Shown in pieces: positions 49,501 through 62,644 of a stretch of 64,000 bases of DNA (positions within the stretch are counted from its first letter, which is position 1; each line of letters begins with the position of its first letter). The stretch comes from Camelus ferus. Lineage: Eukaryota. The notes beneath the pieces were generated by a model, which was not told the DNA's origin, did no database searches, and was given only the letters and a program-made list of their open reading frames with translations. The stretch is from contig NC_045696.1 of NCBI RefSeq assembly GCF_009834535.1, forward strand, positions 930,001-994,000, read 5' to 3'. A program made the translations under genes and the position numbers.

Positions 49501-52359
49501 GCTTCACCGTCCGGGAGGAGCACTGTGAGCAGGACACTCCCCGCCCCCAACAGGGTCGAGGTTGCTGCACTCCGGGGGACAGGCAAGCCCAGAAAACACA
49601 AGAGGCGGAGGGAGCTCCGTGGAACCGTCCCGAGGCCCCACCGGCCTGGCAGGCAGAGCCGCCCACACCCCAAACGTGCTCGGCCACAGAAATGGAAACA
49701 CGAGAGAAGGCCTCCCTGGCCGGGAGGGGGGAGGCCATCCCAGAAGAAAGACAAGGAGATGGAGATAAAACAGGGGTGCGTGTGGGAGCCCCAGAAAGTC
49801 CACGTGTGAAGCCATAAAGGGACCACGGGCAAGACATGAGAATGACCCTCTGCCCAGATGCAAAGGAACGTGAAGCTATGAACGTTATTGGAGACACAAT
49901 CCCATATGCGTGAGGACTGTGGACACTTTCGAGGGATAAACAGAAACAATTTAAATGTACACTGTTGCTTTAAAGAATCAAAGCGGAGGAACACAGACAG
50001 GTGCTGGGAATGCGTCGGCGGCGGGAGTTCCAGAAACATCCTGCGAGTGTCCAGTGGAGGAGAAAAAGGCTGGGGAAGGGAAGCGGGCAGCTCACTGACG
50101 ATGCTGGCGTCCACCTGGCGCCCTCCCCGCAGCGAGCTGCGCGTGGCCCCCTGCGTGTGCCGGGCAGGGGCTTGGCGGGGAAGCTGGATGTGGCCCCCAG
50201 GCTGTCGCCCCCCGCCCCCGCCGGGGGCCCAGGAGGCAGCCTGGTAGCTTCTCCTGGCCACCTCCTCCTCTGAAGATGGAAGTGGTTACAGTTCCGACTT
50301 GTAACACTGCTGGAACATGAAGTGAGTTCCTGCCTGTGGGGACTTGGCACCTGCTGGTCACCCTGCGGACGCCCCCACTGCAGACCCTCCACTTCGGGGC
50401 CAGTCGCTGTGTTATTGCATCATTCTTCTTCGTGTGGATGAACCAACACAAGATCAGCCTCAACAGCCTGAGAGTTCGACGCACTCTAGTTCTAGAAAAC
50501 GCACTTCCTGGTACTGGCGCGGATGCGACCCTCTCAGTTTCAAGAAAGAGAATGTTCAACTCAGACTGGCCTCAGCTCGAGCTTGCTAATAAGTTCTGAC
50601 TCCCGTGACAGGGCAGTCCAGAGGTAGAGCGGCTCCAGGTGGGAAGCGATCAGGTGTCCAGTCCCACCGCCGCCAATACGTGTTTGCGCAGTGCTCCACC
50701 TGCCGGTCTCATCCTCGGGGCGGCTTCTCTCCTGATGTCAAGGTAGCTGCGGGTTCTGGTCTTCACACTCACGCACCACGAGAGGGGGCTCCCTCCTGTC
50801 CCAGACCACCTGACAAAGACCACAAAACCGCCCTGTGATTGAGGACGAAGCCCCTCCTGAACCTGCCAGTGCAGACGGTGATTCTGATCCCACAACCAGA
50901 GCACCACCCTCGCCAGAGAAGACGTGGACAGCTTGGCAAGGTGACTGTGCCGGCCAGCCCAGATTCCACGTGGGCAGGCCCCTCCCCAGGTAAGACTGTG
51001 GGAGCCCAGCTAGGTCCAGACATCCAGGGCCAGGTGGGGCGGCCCCTGCCTCCTCCAGCTTCGCATCCTCAGCTCCGATCTGTGGGGACCGGGAGACCAG
51101 GGGTCCTCCTCAAACTGCACCCGTTACCCCAGAGTTCCGGTTAAATCTCCTGCCTCTGCTGAAAACAGCCCCGGGTGCCACCACGTCCCGGCGTGTGTCC
51201 ATCCTGGCCTTTGACTTTTGACCCGGGTGCACGTTCCACGCTAGCAGAGATTTAACCTGTTCTCCCCTGAAGCAAAGCTGCAGGGACTCACGTAAGGCTC
51301 TCAACCCTGCTGGTGTCCTCACCGACACTCACTGCTTTCATATTACAGGAAATAAAAGTCCTTTCCTTTTTCTAACTTTATAAAAAGCATCAAATCAGGA
51401 CCCAAAGAGCCCTGGAAAGTTTGACTAGAAGGGAACCCTCACTGCAGGAAGGAGAAGGTTGGGGCCCGAGGACACGCTGTGTTCTCAAGGTCAGGGTGGC
51501 GGGAATAGCACGGGCTCTCACCCAGAACAAATCCATCCACAGGGACCTCGGAGCACCAGCCATGTTGTGAGTCAGAGGCACTGCCTCCCTCTTGTCAGAC
51601 TGAAACGAGGAAGCCAGCACGAGCTTCAAGGGCGCCTGTCTGGGGAGGCTGCGCGTTCTTCTCCACAGGAGCAAGGTGGGCCCGACGCGCCCTCAGACTC
51701 CCGCGGGTCCTGGTCCAGGACCGGGCGGTGGAAACGCCTCCTTGGGGATGCAGGCCAGCCCTGGTCTTGGCAGCTGTACAAACCTGGCAACCAGAGCAAG
51801 AGGCCCATTTGACAAATTAAAGATGTGACGAAGGAAAAACATCTCTGGAAATTTCCATCCGGGTGCTGGAGACCGAATCTGGTCACACCCACCCCCCCCA
51901 GGATGGCACGCAGGCTGCCAAGATGCTCGGCGGGGCATGTTTCCACTCAGCGTGCGAGGCGGAAGCCAGCGCGTAGCAGTGTTGTTTTTTAAACATGAGA
52001 CACATTCAAAGACAGAACTCAAAAGACATGTTTGTCTTAAAAATTACGACTTCCTCCATCCAAGCTGCTGGCTGTCCAGCGAGGCTGGGGGAACCACAAC
52101 CAGGCCCAAGGACACAGCTCCGCGTAGTGTGCACCAGTTCAAATTACTATCTGTGTCTGCAGACTTGGGCATTTTCAGGGTACATTTATCATTTTAAAAC
52201 CCAGAAAGAACTTAACACACTGTTGGGGGTCAAAGCAAGAAGCAGTGCTGTGGCCTGTGGCTTCCGCTCCCTGGTCCCCATGCCTGTGACACCAATTCAC
52301 AGATGTCACCGAAAAGCCGTGATTCCCGTTTCTGGGATTGCTTGTGATTCTTCCGCAGC

Positions 52360-55300
52360 TTTATTGGAAACACAAACAAACCGCACACCTTTTAAGTGGA
52401 CAATTTGATGTGCACCGTCCTGTGAGACCAGCCCTCACGCCAAGGTCATGGACACCTCCACCCCAGAGCTGCTTCCTGTCCCTGGTCCTCCCCTGTCTCC
52501 GGGCAGCGGCTGACCGGCTTCCTGTTGCCACCCGTGAATCTGCGTTTCCCAGAATTTCATACAAATGGAGTCATCGCACGTCCAGCCTTGGGTCTGCCGT
52601 CATCACATGGCTCGGCGGCCCCCACGGCGCAGGGTCTGCTCCCCCGCCACGCAGCAGAGCCGGTCCACCGTGTGCCGTCGAGCAGACCGCGCTGCGCTGG
52701 GGCCGGCGACAGCCTGGAGAACACCGACCTGGTCGACAGCGTGGTTCCCGTCTCTGAGCGTTTACTCAGCTCTCCGCCCGCGTGGCCGGTCAGCTGCCGA
52801 GGTCGGACGCCGGCGTCTCCGGCTGTGACTGTCCCTCCGTCCTCGTCTCCTTCTGGCTCTAACAGGCCTTGCTTCACGTGGAGGTTTGTTATTCGGGACG
52901 TAAGTGCCGAGGGCTGTGAAGTCCTTCCGAGGAAGCGGTCCCTTCCTTACTAAAACCCACCCTTCTGGTTCGTACACTGCTCCTTGCTCTGATACCTGCT
53001 TTGTCAGCTGCTGCCCGAGTCACTCGGCTGTCTTTTAAATGGTGTATCGTTTTCCATCCTTTTCCTTTTAGCCTGTTCGTGTCCTTGCATTTGAAGTGCT
53101 TCTCCTGTCGGCGGCGTGCTGTTCGGGCCTGCTTTTCCATCCAGTCTTACCGCTGCTGCTTCCACTGGCATGTTTGGGCCATTAGAACAGCGGTGTGACT
53201 ACTGATACGGCTACGTTTATTTTTTTTTTAATTTTTTAATAATTAAAACATGTTCCTAAAGGGTGATTTACTGATTTAGTTTTGAAGGGAGGTAATTAGG
53301 TTTCCTTATTTTTAGAGCAGGTACGGGGGTCGCACCCAGCGCTCAGCACGCACTCTCCCGCTGGATCTACACCCGCCCCCGATGTGGTTAAGTTTAGCCC
53401 TATCCTCTTACTGTGTATCTTAAATTTGTCTCATCTGCTGTTTTCCCTTTTTTGCCTACACTTGGGTGAATGGAGTCTTTAATTCTCTATGTCTTCTGTG
53501 ATGGCTTAGGAGCCATAGTTCTTGTTTCTTTCTTTCATGTGTGGCCCAGGGCTCGTGGCACACGCCCTTCCTTCCGCGTTACAAGAGTGTGCCCCACCCC
53601 AGCCTTCACGCGACTGTTGTTACGCACTCTACTTCCAGCTTTGTGATGAGCCTCCCAACACATTAAACGTTCCCTAGGAAGTCAGTTATATTTTTAAAAG
53701 ATCTTTAAAATACATCTTCTCTATTTATCCATAAATTTTCCATTTCTGGTGCTTTTCATTCCTTTGTACTGATGCAGGACTTCCCTTAATACGTCTTATG
53801 ACGTGTGCCTCCTGCTGCAAAGGCTCTGTCTTTCGTGTCTGAAACTGTCTTTGCGCCTCCGCCTTGAAGGGCGCTCCCGCTGGGTGTAGACTCTGGGTCA
53901 GGTCCTCCCGTCTCAGTGCGGACACTGCTCCTCCGCGTTCCCCTCGCCCTGTCTCCGGCGGGAACGCGGCTGTCGTTCTGGTCCTTGTTCCTCTGTGTGT
54001 GAACTGTTTTTCCTGCTTCTCGCTGGTTTTATGATTTTTCTCTTTGTCCCTTTGTCCCTTTTTCAGTTTTGAGCAGTTTGATCATGACGTGTCGGTGTTG
54101 TTTTCTTGGCATTTCTTGTGCTTGGGGTTTACGGAGACTCGGCCGGTGGGCTTATGTTGCTCGAGTATTTGTCCCCCCTGTCGCTGGGAGTCTCGGTGGC
54201 ACGTACATTACAGAAGTGCGGCTCGTCACATAAGTCACTGTTCTCTGTTCACTTTTATTGAAGTCCTGTCATTTACAGTGTGTCCGTCTCTGGTTCGTTC
54301 ACTGTTTGGTGTATTCTCTGTTGTATTTTATGCAGTTTCTAGTGCTGTGTCTTCAGGCTCACTATCTCCTCCTCTGAAAGGTCTGATCTGCTGTGAAGCC
54401 CCTCTCACCGGTGTGCTTCTCACCTCAGACACAGCAGTTTTCGTCTCTAGAGATCTGACCTGGGTCCCTTTGGGTCTTCCTGGTCTCTCTCCACACGCAC
54501 GCTCTTTTCCCGCCTGCTTGAACGTGAACGCGCGGCTGTGACACCTGCTGCCCGTCCTCGTCTGCCAGCCCTGCCTTCTGCCGCTTCCGGGCCTGTGTGC
54601 GCTGAGTGGCTTCCACCCTGATTTTCAGGGCTGCTCTCCGGCCTCTTTGCACGTCCAGTGATTTTCTACTAGATGCCAGACATTGTAGTTTCTGCAGGAT
54701 GGACACATTTTGTATTCCCATAAACACTCTTGAGCTTTGTTCTGGAATGCAATTAAGTGATACAGAAAAACCTACTTCCGTCAAGGCTCCCTTCCAGCTT
54801 TCACGGCAAGACCAGGGCAGCCTTGGCCTAGGGGCTGTTTTCCTCCTACTGAGCAAAGCCCGCTGGATACTCCACTCAGTGCCCCACAAATTACGAGGAT
54901 CTCCGCTCTGGCTGGAGGGAGCGGTGCCACTCCTGGCCCTGCGCGCCCGGAGGACTGCTCCTCTTCTCCTTCGCGGGCTAGCTGCCTGGCCTTGGGTGCT
55001 TTCCTGGCCCACAAGCACTGATCCACACTCACCTGCGTTCTGGGTGGGGTCCCCTGCAGGTTTCTGGAACTCCCTCTGGGCGGCTCTCGTCAGTGTGGGG
55101 GTCTGTCCTGTGATTCCCAGCCACCTCTGCTTCCTGGACTCCCAGCTGTTTCCTCGACTGGGCAACCAGGCGCTCTCCCTGGACCCCCTACCCTGTGCCG
55201 CAGCGGGGACTCTCCGGCCCTTCTGGGTCTCAGCTCGTTTGTCTCTCGTCTCGGGGAACACTTCGTATGCCTCCTGTTTTCCGGTGTCTGAAAACTGCTG

Positions 55301-55400
55301 CTTCCTAGGTCTGTCTGGTTCTTTCGTTGTTTCCCGTGGGAGAGTAAATCTAGGCTCTGTTGGTCCATCGGAGCCAGAACTGGAAGTTGTCAGACCTGGT
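52360..55400 (-). mobile_element. Old L1 fragments (3' end, ORF2 endonuclease, ORF1/5' region), GC-drifted and interrupted by a SINE
   Basis: ORF 52889..53140 contains QEKHFKCKDTNRLKGKGWKTIHH (L1 EN). L1 3'-like text cccagaatttcatacaaatggagtcatc at ~52550. ORF1-like text ttttcagttttgagcagtttgatcatgacgtg at ~54060. Confidence 0.75.
53220..53380 (-). mobile_element. tRNA-derived SINE (vic-1-like, diverged) with 16-bp target-site duplication
   Basis: gaggtaattaggtttccttatttttagagcaggtacgggggtcgcaccc...ctacacccgccccc. The TSD copies gatacggctacgttta (53204-53219) and gatgtggttaagttta (53381-53396) match at 12/16. Confidence 0.75.
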
Positions 55401-58400
55401 CTCTTGAGGAACTCCCCAGAGGCCATCCTAAATCTTACATAGTGAGGGGCTTCCCTCTGGGGTGTGTGCGGTACGTGTGAGTGCGCGTGTGGGCTGTGCA
55501 TGCGTGTCAGTGTGGGGCGTGTGTGATGAGGGCTGACTGGGTGTCATTTTCCATAAAAATGGCTTTTGTTTCAGGTCTGAGTTGCCTGACTGATCATTTA
55601 TCTTAGAATCAGGAGGAAAACCCTGCTGATCTAGTGAACGTTTCTGGAAGTTTTGTCTTCCTCTGCTGCACTGGCACCCCCACCGCAGTCCTAGCACAGG
55701 GTCCACCAGGCCAGGTGTTGGGGTGAGTGAGGGGGTCGATGTTCCAAACACACCATGTGCAATCCTGGTTAAAATGACCCTCTAAAATCAATGCTCCTGT
55801 GTCACAAGGAAGGACAAACGTAACACTATTTTAACCCAGCAGACTTGTTTTACTACAAATGGATGGCAGAAGACCTATGTTTCTGTTAAACGTTAAACAG
55901 AACACTTGCGTTTCTATTCTATTCTTTGTCAGTTATTTTCAGCACATACACGAGGTCACTATCTGTTCCTTGTTGTCACCTCAGCCATGATGGTCAGAAG
56001 CCATTTGCCCAGAGCTGTGCGTTACTCAGACCTCACCCTCCTCCTGCAGACAAGGCTCGAAGAACTTACCAGCTCCAAGTCCACGTGGCTCGTGTGGCTG
56101 GTGGAAGTGGATTAAGTTCCATTATTTATTCCCTTTCTGTTTTATTTTTTTTATACCATGAGTGGTGGAGAAATGTCTGTGTTTCAGAACACGGAATAAT
56201 CACACTGCAACAAGGACACCGACGGGGCTGCTGGTCTGTGAGCACCACGTGGGTCGTGACCAGTTGTGACAGTGGGGCCGTGGTGGGGACGGAGTCGTTG
56301 CTCCATCTTGTCCGCGAGGAAGCTGAGCTCCGAGGAGTCACCGTGTGCTCCAAAGGCACAGTGGTGACTTGTGATGACACGTGAGGCCGCTCGGGTCCGA
56401 AGCCTGTGTGCTTGTCCTTGGCTTCTTGTTTGGCCTCGTCTAGGGCACAGGCCACCCTCCCCTGGCTCTCAGATCACCCGCCCTCGCCTCCTTCAAGGCC
56501 CCAGTGTTCCTTCCCTCATTCCCCACTCTGAGTCTCCCCCACCCCCGACAGCCCTCCTAACTATCAAGTCTTTTCAAGAATGTGTACTGTTTTCTGCACT
56601 TTCTGCCTTAGGCTTCCTGAGTGGCCTGGGTGGCACCTTGTTCTGCCCCGTCCTTGGCCTTCTCAGGTGCATCCACACCGCGTGGCTGATCAGCTACTGC
56701 TGGGGCACCACCCCGGTGAGTAACAGGCACAGCCAGCAGTTCCTTCTCCAGGTGGCGACAGGAGCCCACTCCCTCGTGCTGTGGTCTGGGCCTGGCGTGG
56801 CTCTGGGGGAGGAAGCCTCGGGGACCCTGGAGAGGAGCTGTGGGCCACAGCGCCCCTGGGGCTTCACTTGACCTCCAGAGCCAGGCCGCCCGGTAGGACG
56901 GCGGCCCAGTGCACACTCCACTGCCCCCCGAGGGGTCCCAGCAGCCTGTGAGCCGGTCAGCTTCCCACGTCTTGCCACTCAGCCGGGTGGAAGGCGCTGT
57001 TTAGCCTGCACTGAGTCTCTGGGTCTCCCCTCACTGGTCTGTGCACACGTGTACCTGACTTCAGAGGCTGCGCCCTTCCCACCGACGTGTGGGCGTTCCC
57101 AACCAGCCGTGGGTGAGCGCGCCCTCATTGTCATCAGAACTGGGTGTTGTGGTTAAAACAAATCTCTCCCCGGCACCCTGGCCCCCACCCCCACCGGGGC
57201 CACGCTGGCAGCAAACTTCACGTCCAGGAAAGAACCTTATAAACATCCTCATGCAGCAGTGAAACGGTGAATGTTCAAGGTGCTTAGCTCATCTCCACCG
57301 CTCAGAGAAGAACTCGAAGCTCCGTGTGCGGATCTGGAGCCGTCTCCAAGACTCTCCAGCAGACGGGCAGGAGTGCGCGGAGCCACACCCGCCGGCACCC
57401 ACGCAGAGGAGGAGGCCGCCGGGGGTGCCGGCGGGCACGTTCGGGCGGTCCTCCCTGGACCAAGGCTGCCTGTTGGGGTGGAACAGGGAGGCGGGGGTGG
57501 GAGGGAGGCCTTCGCCCCCACCACGGAGCCTTTTACACTTGCTGACTTTTGAATTATGCAAATATACCACCTATGCAATAAAAGAAAGACCAAAAAAAGC
57601 TGAAAAAATTGGTTTAAATTTTAAAAAATCTTTGCAAGTTGGATTGTCAAAACACAGCACTCTCATGACTTTAATAGGACTATTTTTAGTTCTTATTTTG
57701 AGCAGTTGTCATGTACATCGCCGGCCCATTTTTCAGCTTGTGTTCGTCTTTTCCTTGTTGGCACAACACCGCTCTATCAAACACAGGAGTGTGCAAACGC
57801 GCGGAAACCCCCGCTGACGGAGGGCACAGCCCCGACTCGCGCCTCGGGCCCATTTCCCCGGGGGCTGCTCAGCGCACAGCTCCCTGGGGCTCCCGTTGAC
57901 CCCCAGCTGCTTTAACTGGAACGGAGGCATGCCGACTGCCTTTTCCTTCGTGGCTCCTGCCTTCAGCGCCCCGCGTCTGCGTGATGGCTGCGTTTAGGTT
58001 ACCGTCAGGCTTCTCTGGAATTGTTTTCCTGCCTGCCGCGCAGCTGGAGCCCCCGCCCCGCGGGCTCCGCGAGCAGCCACCCGCGCTTGGCTCCTCCCGT
58101 CAGCACCAGGCTCTCCTCCCTGCAGCTGCACTTCTGCAGGCAAAGCAGAAACCCTGCTACATGCAGTAATCCCTGCAGGGGAGCTTCAGGTGCTGCCTAC
58201 CTTCCAAGCCGCGCCCTGCCGAGCACCACGCTGTCGCTGCAGTTCCGTCCTGGGCAAACGAGACGCACCGAGGAGACCTCCCCGGCGCCTGGAGGTGTGT
58301 CTTCCACTTACTTAAATGTCCGTCTGAAAACTTTTATTGTTTCCCCATAGATGTTCTGTACATTTCTTGTTAAGTTTATTTCTAAATGTACTTCATTTTG

Positions 58401-61359
58401 TGTATATACAATATATATGTGTATGCTTTAAAATCAGCTGCTTGACTTAATTCTCTCATGAGTCTAACACTTTCCCCAGGGTCTCACTTGGCTCTCCTGG
58501 ACTGCCTAAATCTGCAGCCGAGGGCAGGGGAAGAACTCCAGGGTGGGCCACGGCATGGTGGACCTTTCCCGTGTTCCCACCCTCACACGTGCCCTCCGCT
58601 CACCCACCTTGGCAGCTCGGCCTCCCTGTGATGGGGCAGAGGCAGGACCTTCAGGCTCGTGTGCTGCACTTGAAGGCAGGGCCCGGCTCCCTTGACCTCT
58701 TCCCCCCCGCGTCCCCATGGTCACCTCTGGCACCGCATCCAGTCTCATCTCTTCCCTGCAGGAAGCTGGGTGGGGTGGGGGTCCAGATGGGGGGGTGGGG
58801 TGGCTGGCATGGCTTGAGGCTTGAGGGAGCACGTCCAGGCAGCCGGGGAGAGTCACCCTAGTCAGTGCCGCCCACAGAGCTGTCTGCGGCGATGGGAACG
58901 GCCCCCACCTGCACTCTCCTTTCTCACACCTGAAGCACAGGACCTGGACTCTCAGTTCTGCTTAGTTAATCTGATAGGACACACACGGCCAGTGGCCACT
59001 GGGTTGGACAGAGCAGGTCCGGAGACGATGGGAAGCCTCAGACACACGGTAGTCCAGGCAGGATGGAGCTGGGCTTGGGCCGAAGGAAGGCCATCTGGAC
59101 GCGGCGTTCCCCACAAGGAGGGTGCAGAAGGCAGCTGTGCGCCCTGGGCCACGCTGGGAGTCAGCAGACAGCGCTGTGTGCTGCGCCTCCCTGTCCTGGG
59201 CCACGTCCGAGGCCCCCAGGGGGCCGTGGCAGGCCGGCCTCGTGGATGCCACATCTCGTCCGCAGGCTCCCCTCTCGTGACCCCGGTGTCTCTGGATGGC
59301 CCCGGTCACAACCCTCATGTGAAGTGTGGATCTGGGGACCCCCGCATGACAGGGTGGGTTTCGTATCTCAGCTGAAGGGGATGCTGTGTCACCTGCCAGG
59401 GTTGACAGTGGGTCCCAGGGACATGAGACCTGGGGCTGGAGGAGGGAGACGTGGAGCCCAGAGCTTCCAGTCCGTCCTACTGGAAGACCTGCTTTTCCAA
59501 GTTGAAAATGTGGCTGCTTCCTTGACAAACGTGCACAAAGGCTTGAGAGAGATGGTGCCTTCCACCTCCATCCTCCCGTCCGGGGGCACCCTGACAGGCG
59601 TGACCCACTGTGAGGGGGTAGCTGCCCCACCTCGGCCCTGCCCCCCCGTAAATTAGGGATGGCAAGGCCCCCGTGACCACTTCACGTTTGGAAAGCCCAA
59701 CACTGCCTCCAGCCGGACAGACCCCAGAGGCAGAGCCAGGTAGTGGGGCCCCTCCCCTGGCCTCACGGGGGGCTCCTCAGGGCCCCTCTCAGCCCAGAGC
59801 GGGGCAGGCAGAGCACGGTCACCGCCAGGTCCCCTCTGGAAGGAAGCCACATGGACCACACAGGCTGCTCCGTGTAGGGTTTCAACTGCTTAGTGAGGTC
59901 TTTGTACCAGAGAGCAGGACTCGAGGGGAAGACACCCCCCGTCTCCCTTCCAGCCCCACTGTCACCGGGTCTCAGGAGGAATCGAGTAACGTCACACTCT
60001 ACCCAACAGGGACCCTGACCCGTGGTAGGCTTGCAGGCCTCAGCTTGTCACTGGCCCGCTGCTGCACTGGCAGGCCCGTCCAGTGCTGGGGGCCAGGAGA
60101 CAGCCCCCAGCTCCCCCCAGGAGCACCTGGCCGGGTCGGGCAGAGCCAGCACCCCAGCAGCACAGTCACACCCACGGCCGCACCAGCTCAGGGAGCACTG
60201 CCCTGCCTCGGGGCCAGGGGAGCGCGGGACCGCGGGGCTGGGCCTTGCCCTAGGTGTGCGCGTGCCCAAACAAGCGGCCATCCCCTCCCCGCCCTGGGTC
60301 CCTGGAGGGAAGAGACTCCAGGGTGGTCAGAGCCCGTGAAGGGGAGGCCGAGCTAGTTCAGGAGTCGGCTCAGTGCTTCAAGGAGAATTCAATTTATTTT
60401 AACTAGTACAAATTTAATCCATTTTAATTAGTTTTAACTAATTTAAAATTGTTAATTAGTTAAAAATCAGAGCTTTCGCATAGAAATGTCAGATGTCAGG
60501 CTTCTCCTGAGAACTCAGCAGCCCCAGCACCGTGAGGCCGTCTCCCTGCGGGGGAGGCAGCGGTCAGTGGAACGGGGGTGCACGGAGGGAGACCCCCAGT
60601 GCCCAGCCTGGATCGAGGGGCCTCCCGCCTGCCCCTCTCCTGCCTCCTCCGAGTTTCCTGGGCCCCTGCCAGTGGGGAGCCTGCAGTCTTGCCCCCCACC
60701 CCCACCCCGAGTAGCTCCATCAGGGGCCGGGCCAGTGCTTGCTTGTGAGTCACCGAGTGACCGTCTGTGGCAGTGTCCTCCCTCTGGGCACGCTGTCGCA
60801 TTCTCCCTCTCATCAGGGTTGTGGCCGGGAGCGCACTGTTGGTGGCCACCCAGACCCTCGGCCTCTTTCTCCAGATCTCTGGCCTCCCCCTACCCACGCC
60901 CCCAGCTTCTTCCTGCTTCGAGGCTCTGACCCATGGCCTGGGCTACCCTGGGGCACCGGGCTCCTGCGCACACAGAGCAGAAGTGCCAGAGAGCTCACGA
61001 GCTCCCTCTGCCGGCAACACACACCCCCTTCCCAGCACTGAGAGGCTGCACGGAGCTGCGACCCGGCCTGAGGCTGGACAAGCTCCAGGCACCCAACTCG
61101 TGGGAGGGGGAGAGGCAAGGCCTGGCCCGGGGCCGGCAGAGCGGAGAGCTCACCTGGGGCCGCCGAGGCCCTGCATGGCCTCTTCCCCTCCTGTCCTGCC
61201 AGCTCGGGGTCAGTGGCCACTCAGAGTCAGCAGAAAGAGGAGGTCTCAGGAGTCAGCATGCAGCCTGGCCCCAGGTGCTGCCCCCTCACCTTTAAGGTCA
61301 CCACGCTGCCCAACCCGTCCACAGTCAGCTCTAAGGGCCCCAGGGGCGGAGGCCAGTGA

Positions 61360-61635
61360 GGGCCAGTGAGACAGGAATAGGCAGGTGAGGGCAGCTAGGG
61401 TGGGTATGGGCAGGTGAGGACAGATGTGGGCTGCTGAGGAGGGTGAGGGCCAGCGAGAACAAATACGGGCCGGTTAGGGCAGAGTGAGGCCAGTTTGGAC
61501 TCGTGGGGCAGGGCAGGGCAGGGCAGGTGAGCGTAAGATGAGGGCCAGAGAGAAACCACAAGGAGGTGAGGGTAGGTGAGGGCTTCTGAGGACCAGTGAG
61601 AGCAGGTGGTGGGGAGAGGGCAGGGGAGGGTCAGT
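61360..61635. repeat. Purine-rich degenerate repeat of (GGGCAG/GGTGAG) units
   Basis: Recurrent gcaggtgaggg, ggcagggcagggcagg and ggtgagggtaggtgaggg. Confidence 0.6.
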
Positions 61636-62129
61636 CTGGATTCCCAGCCTGGGCTCCTCTACACCCATGTCTTCCTGAAACTGCTCCCAGGCTTCTCAGT
61701 GAATGTTCCTGTTCTTGGGCCCTGGGCTGGGCCCCAGCCTTAAGGTCTGTGACCCCCCATGGCAGGGGTCCCCCTTGGGTGGCACCGCCACATGCAGAAC
61801 CCACGGATCCCCATGACAATCGTGCTTTGGGGCAGCAGCCTAGTGTCGGGGGATGGACTCAGTCCACTCTCCCTCTTGTAGTTGGTCACTGCCAGTGAGC
61901 AGAACCCACCCTGAAATGCAGGCATGTGGCCACGTGCCCCAGGCCCCCTGCACCCCACCCAGATGGGGGTACCTGCCTGCCCCCTTCCCATGGCCACACC
62001 ACAGCCCCTCCTGATCCCCCTCCCACGGCCACGCCCCACCTGCTTGCGGGCTCCAGGGTCCAGGAACGACAGGGTGGGCCTGCCTGGGGCCCCCCTCCCA
62101 CCCCTGCTGAGGCTCTGAGGGGTGGCTGC

Positions 62130-62622
62130 TGTGAACGAAAATACTGCCGTGCGAGTGAAAATACTGCAACCATATCAGTAAACAAAGAATGCTGAAACCA
62201 GGTCATCAGCGGCTGCCCCCACCCCCCAGTGGGGCCAGGCCTGCAGCCCGGCCTCTGCAGCCACTCACAGTGGTGCCCTCTGAGCGGACTCGGAATAAGA
62301 AAGGACAGGACACTGGCCCTAGATAGCCAGGTGCTTGTCGAAGGAATGAATTCAGTGAGCCCAAATGTTTGCTTCCTCCCGTACATAGAACAGCGCTAAA
62401 TTCTTTACCTTGAGATGCCTGATTCTCTTTAGATAACAAGTAATCTTTCATTGTTCCAACTACCTGGTCTTTGTTGTAAAGCTCCTATACATCCGGCTCC
62501 TCCCCTACCTCTTCGGAGCAGCCCCTCAGAGCCACCTGAGAGGCTGTCACCCCGGCCTGAGTCCTCCCGCCAAATAGAACATAACTCTTAACTTTAAGGC
62601 TGCGTGTGTATTTCAGTCGACA
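62130..62622 (+). mobile_element. 5' LTR of an ERV1 (MER41-like) provirus
   Basis: TG...CA termini (tgtgaacg ... tttcagtcgaca). MER41-like core ggccctagatagccaggtgc...aaggaatgaattcagtgagccc. Decayed polyA signal AATAGA at 62573. It is immediately followed by a PBS. Confidence 0.85.
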
Positions 62623-62626
62623 GTTT

Positions 62627-62644
62627 TGGTGACCACGAAGGGAC
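62627..62644 (+). other. Retroviral primer-binding site, tRNA-Arg
   Basis: TGGTGACCACGAAGGGAC is 17/18 identical to TGGCGACCACGAAGGGAC, the complement of the 3' end of mammalian tRNA-Arg(TCG). The single mismatch is a CpG>TpG change. Confidence 0.85.

Noticed and set aside
48297..50392. Long ORFs of 243, 368 and 255 aa
   Set aside because: They run through an ERV1 solo LTR and GC-rich filler, with no protein-family motif or exon structure.
54425..55501. 358-aa ORF, with a 278-aa ORF on the opposite strand
   Set aside because: It overlies a GC-drifted old L1 5' region. Open frames on both strands indicate stop-codon depletion, not coding.
61360..61635. Cluster of CAG|GTGAG donor-like sites
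   Set aside because: They are units of a low-complexity purine-rich repeat, and no associated exon is identifiable.
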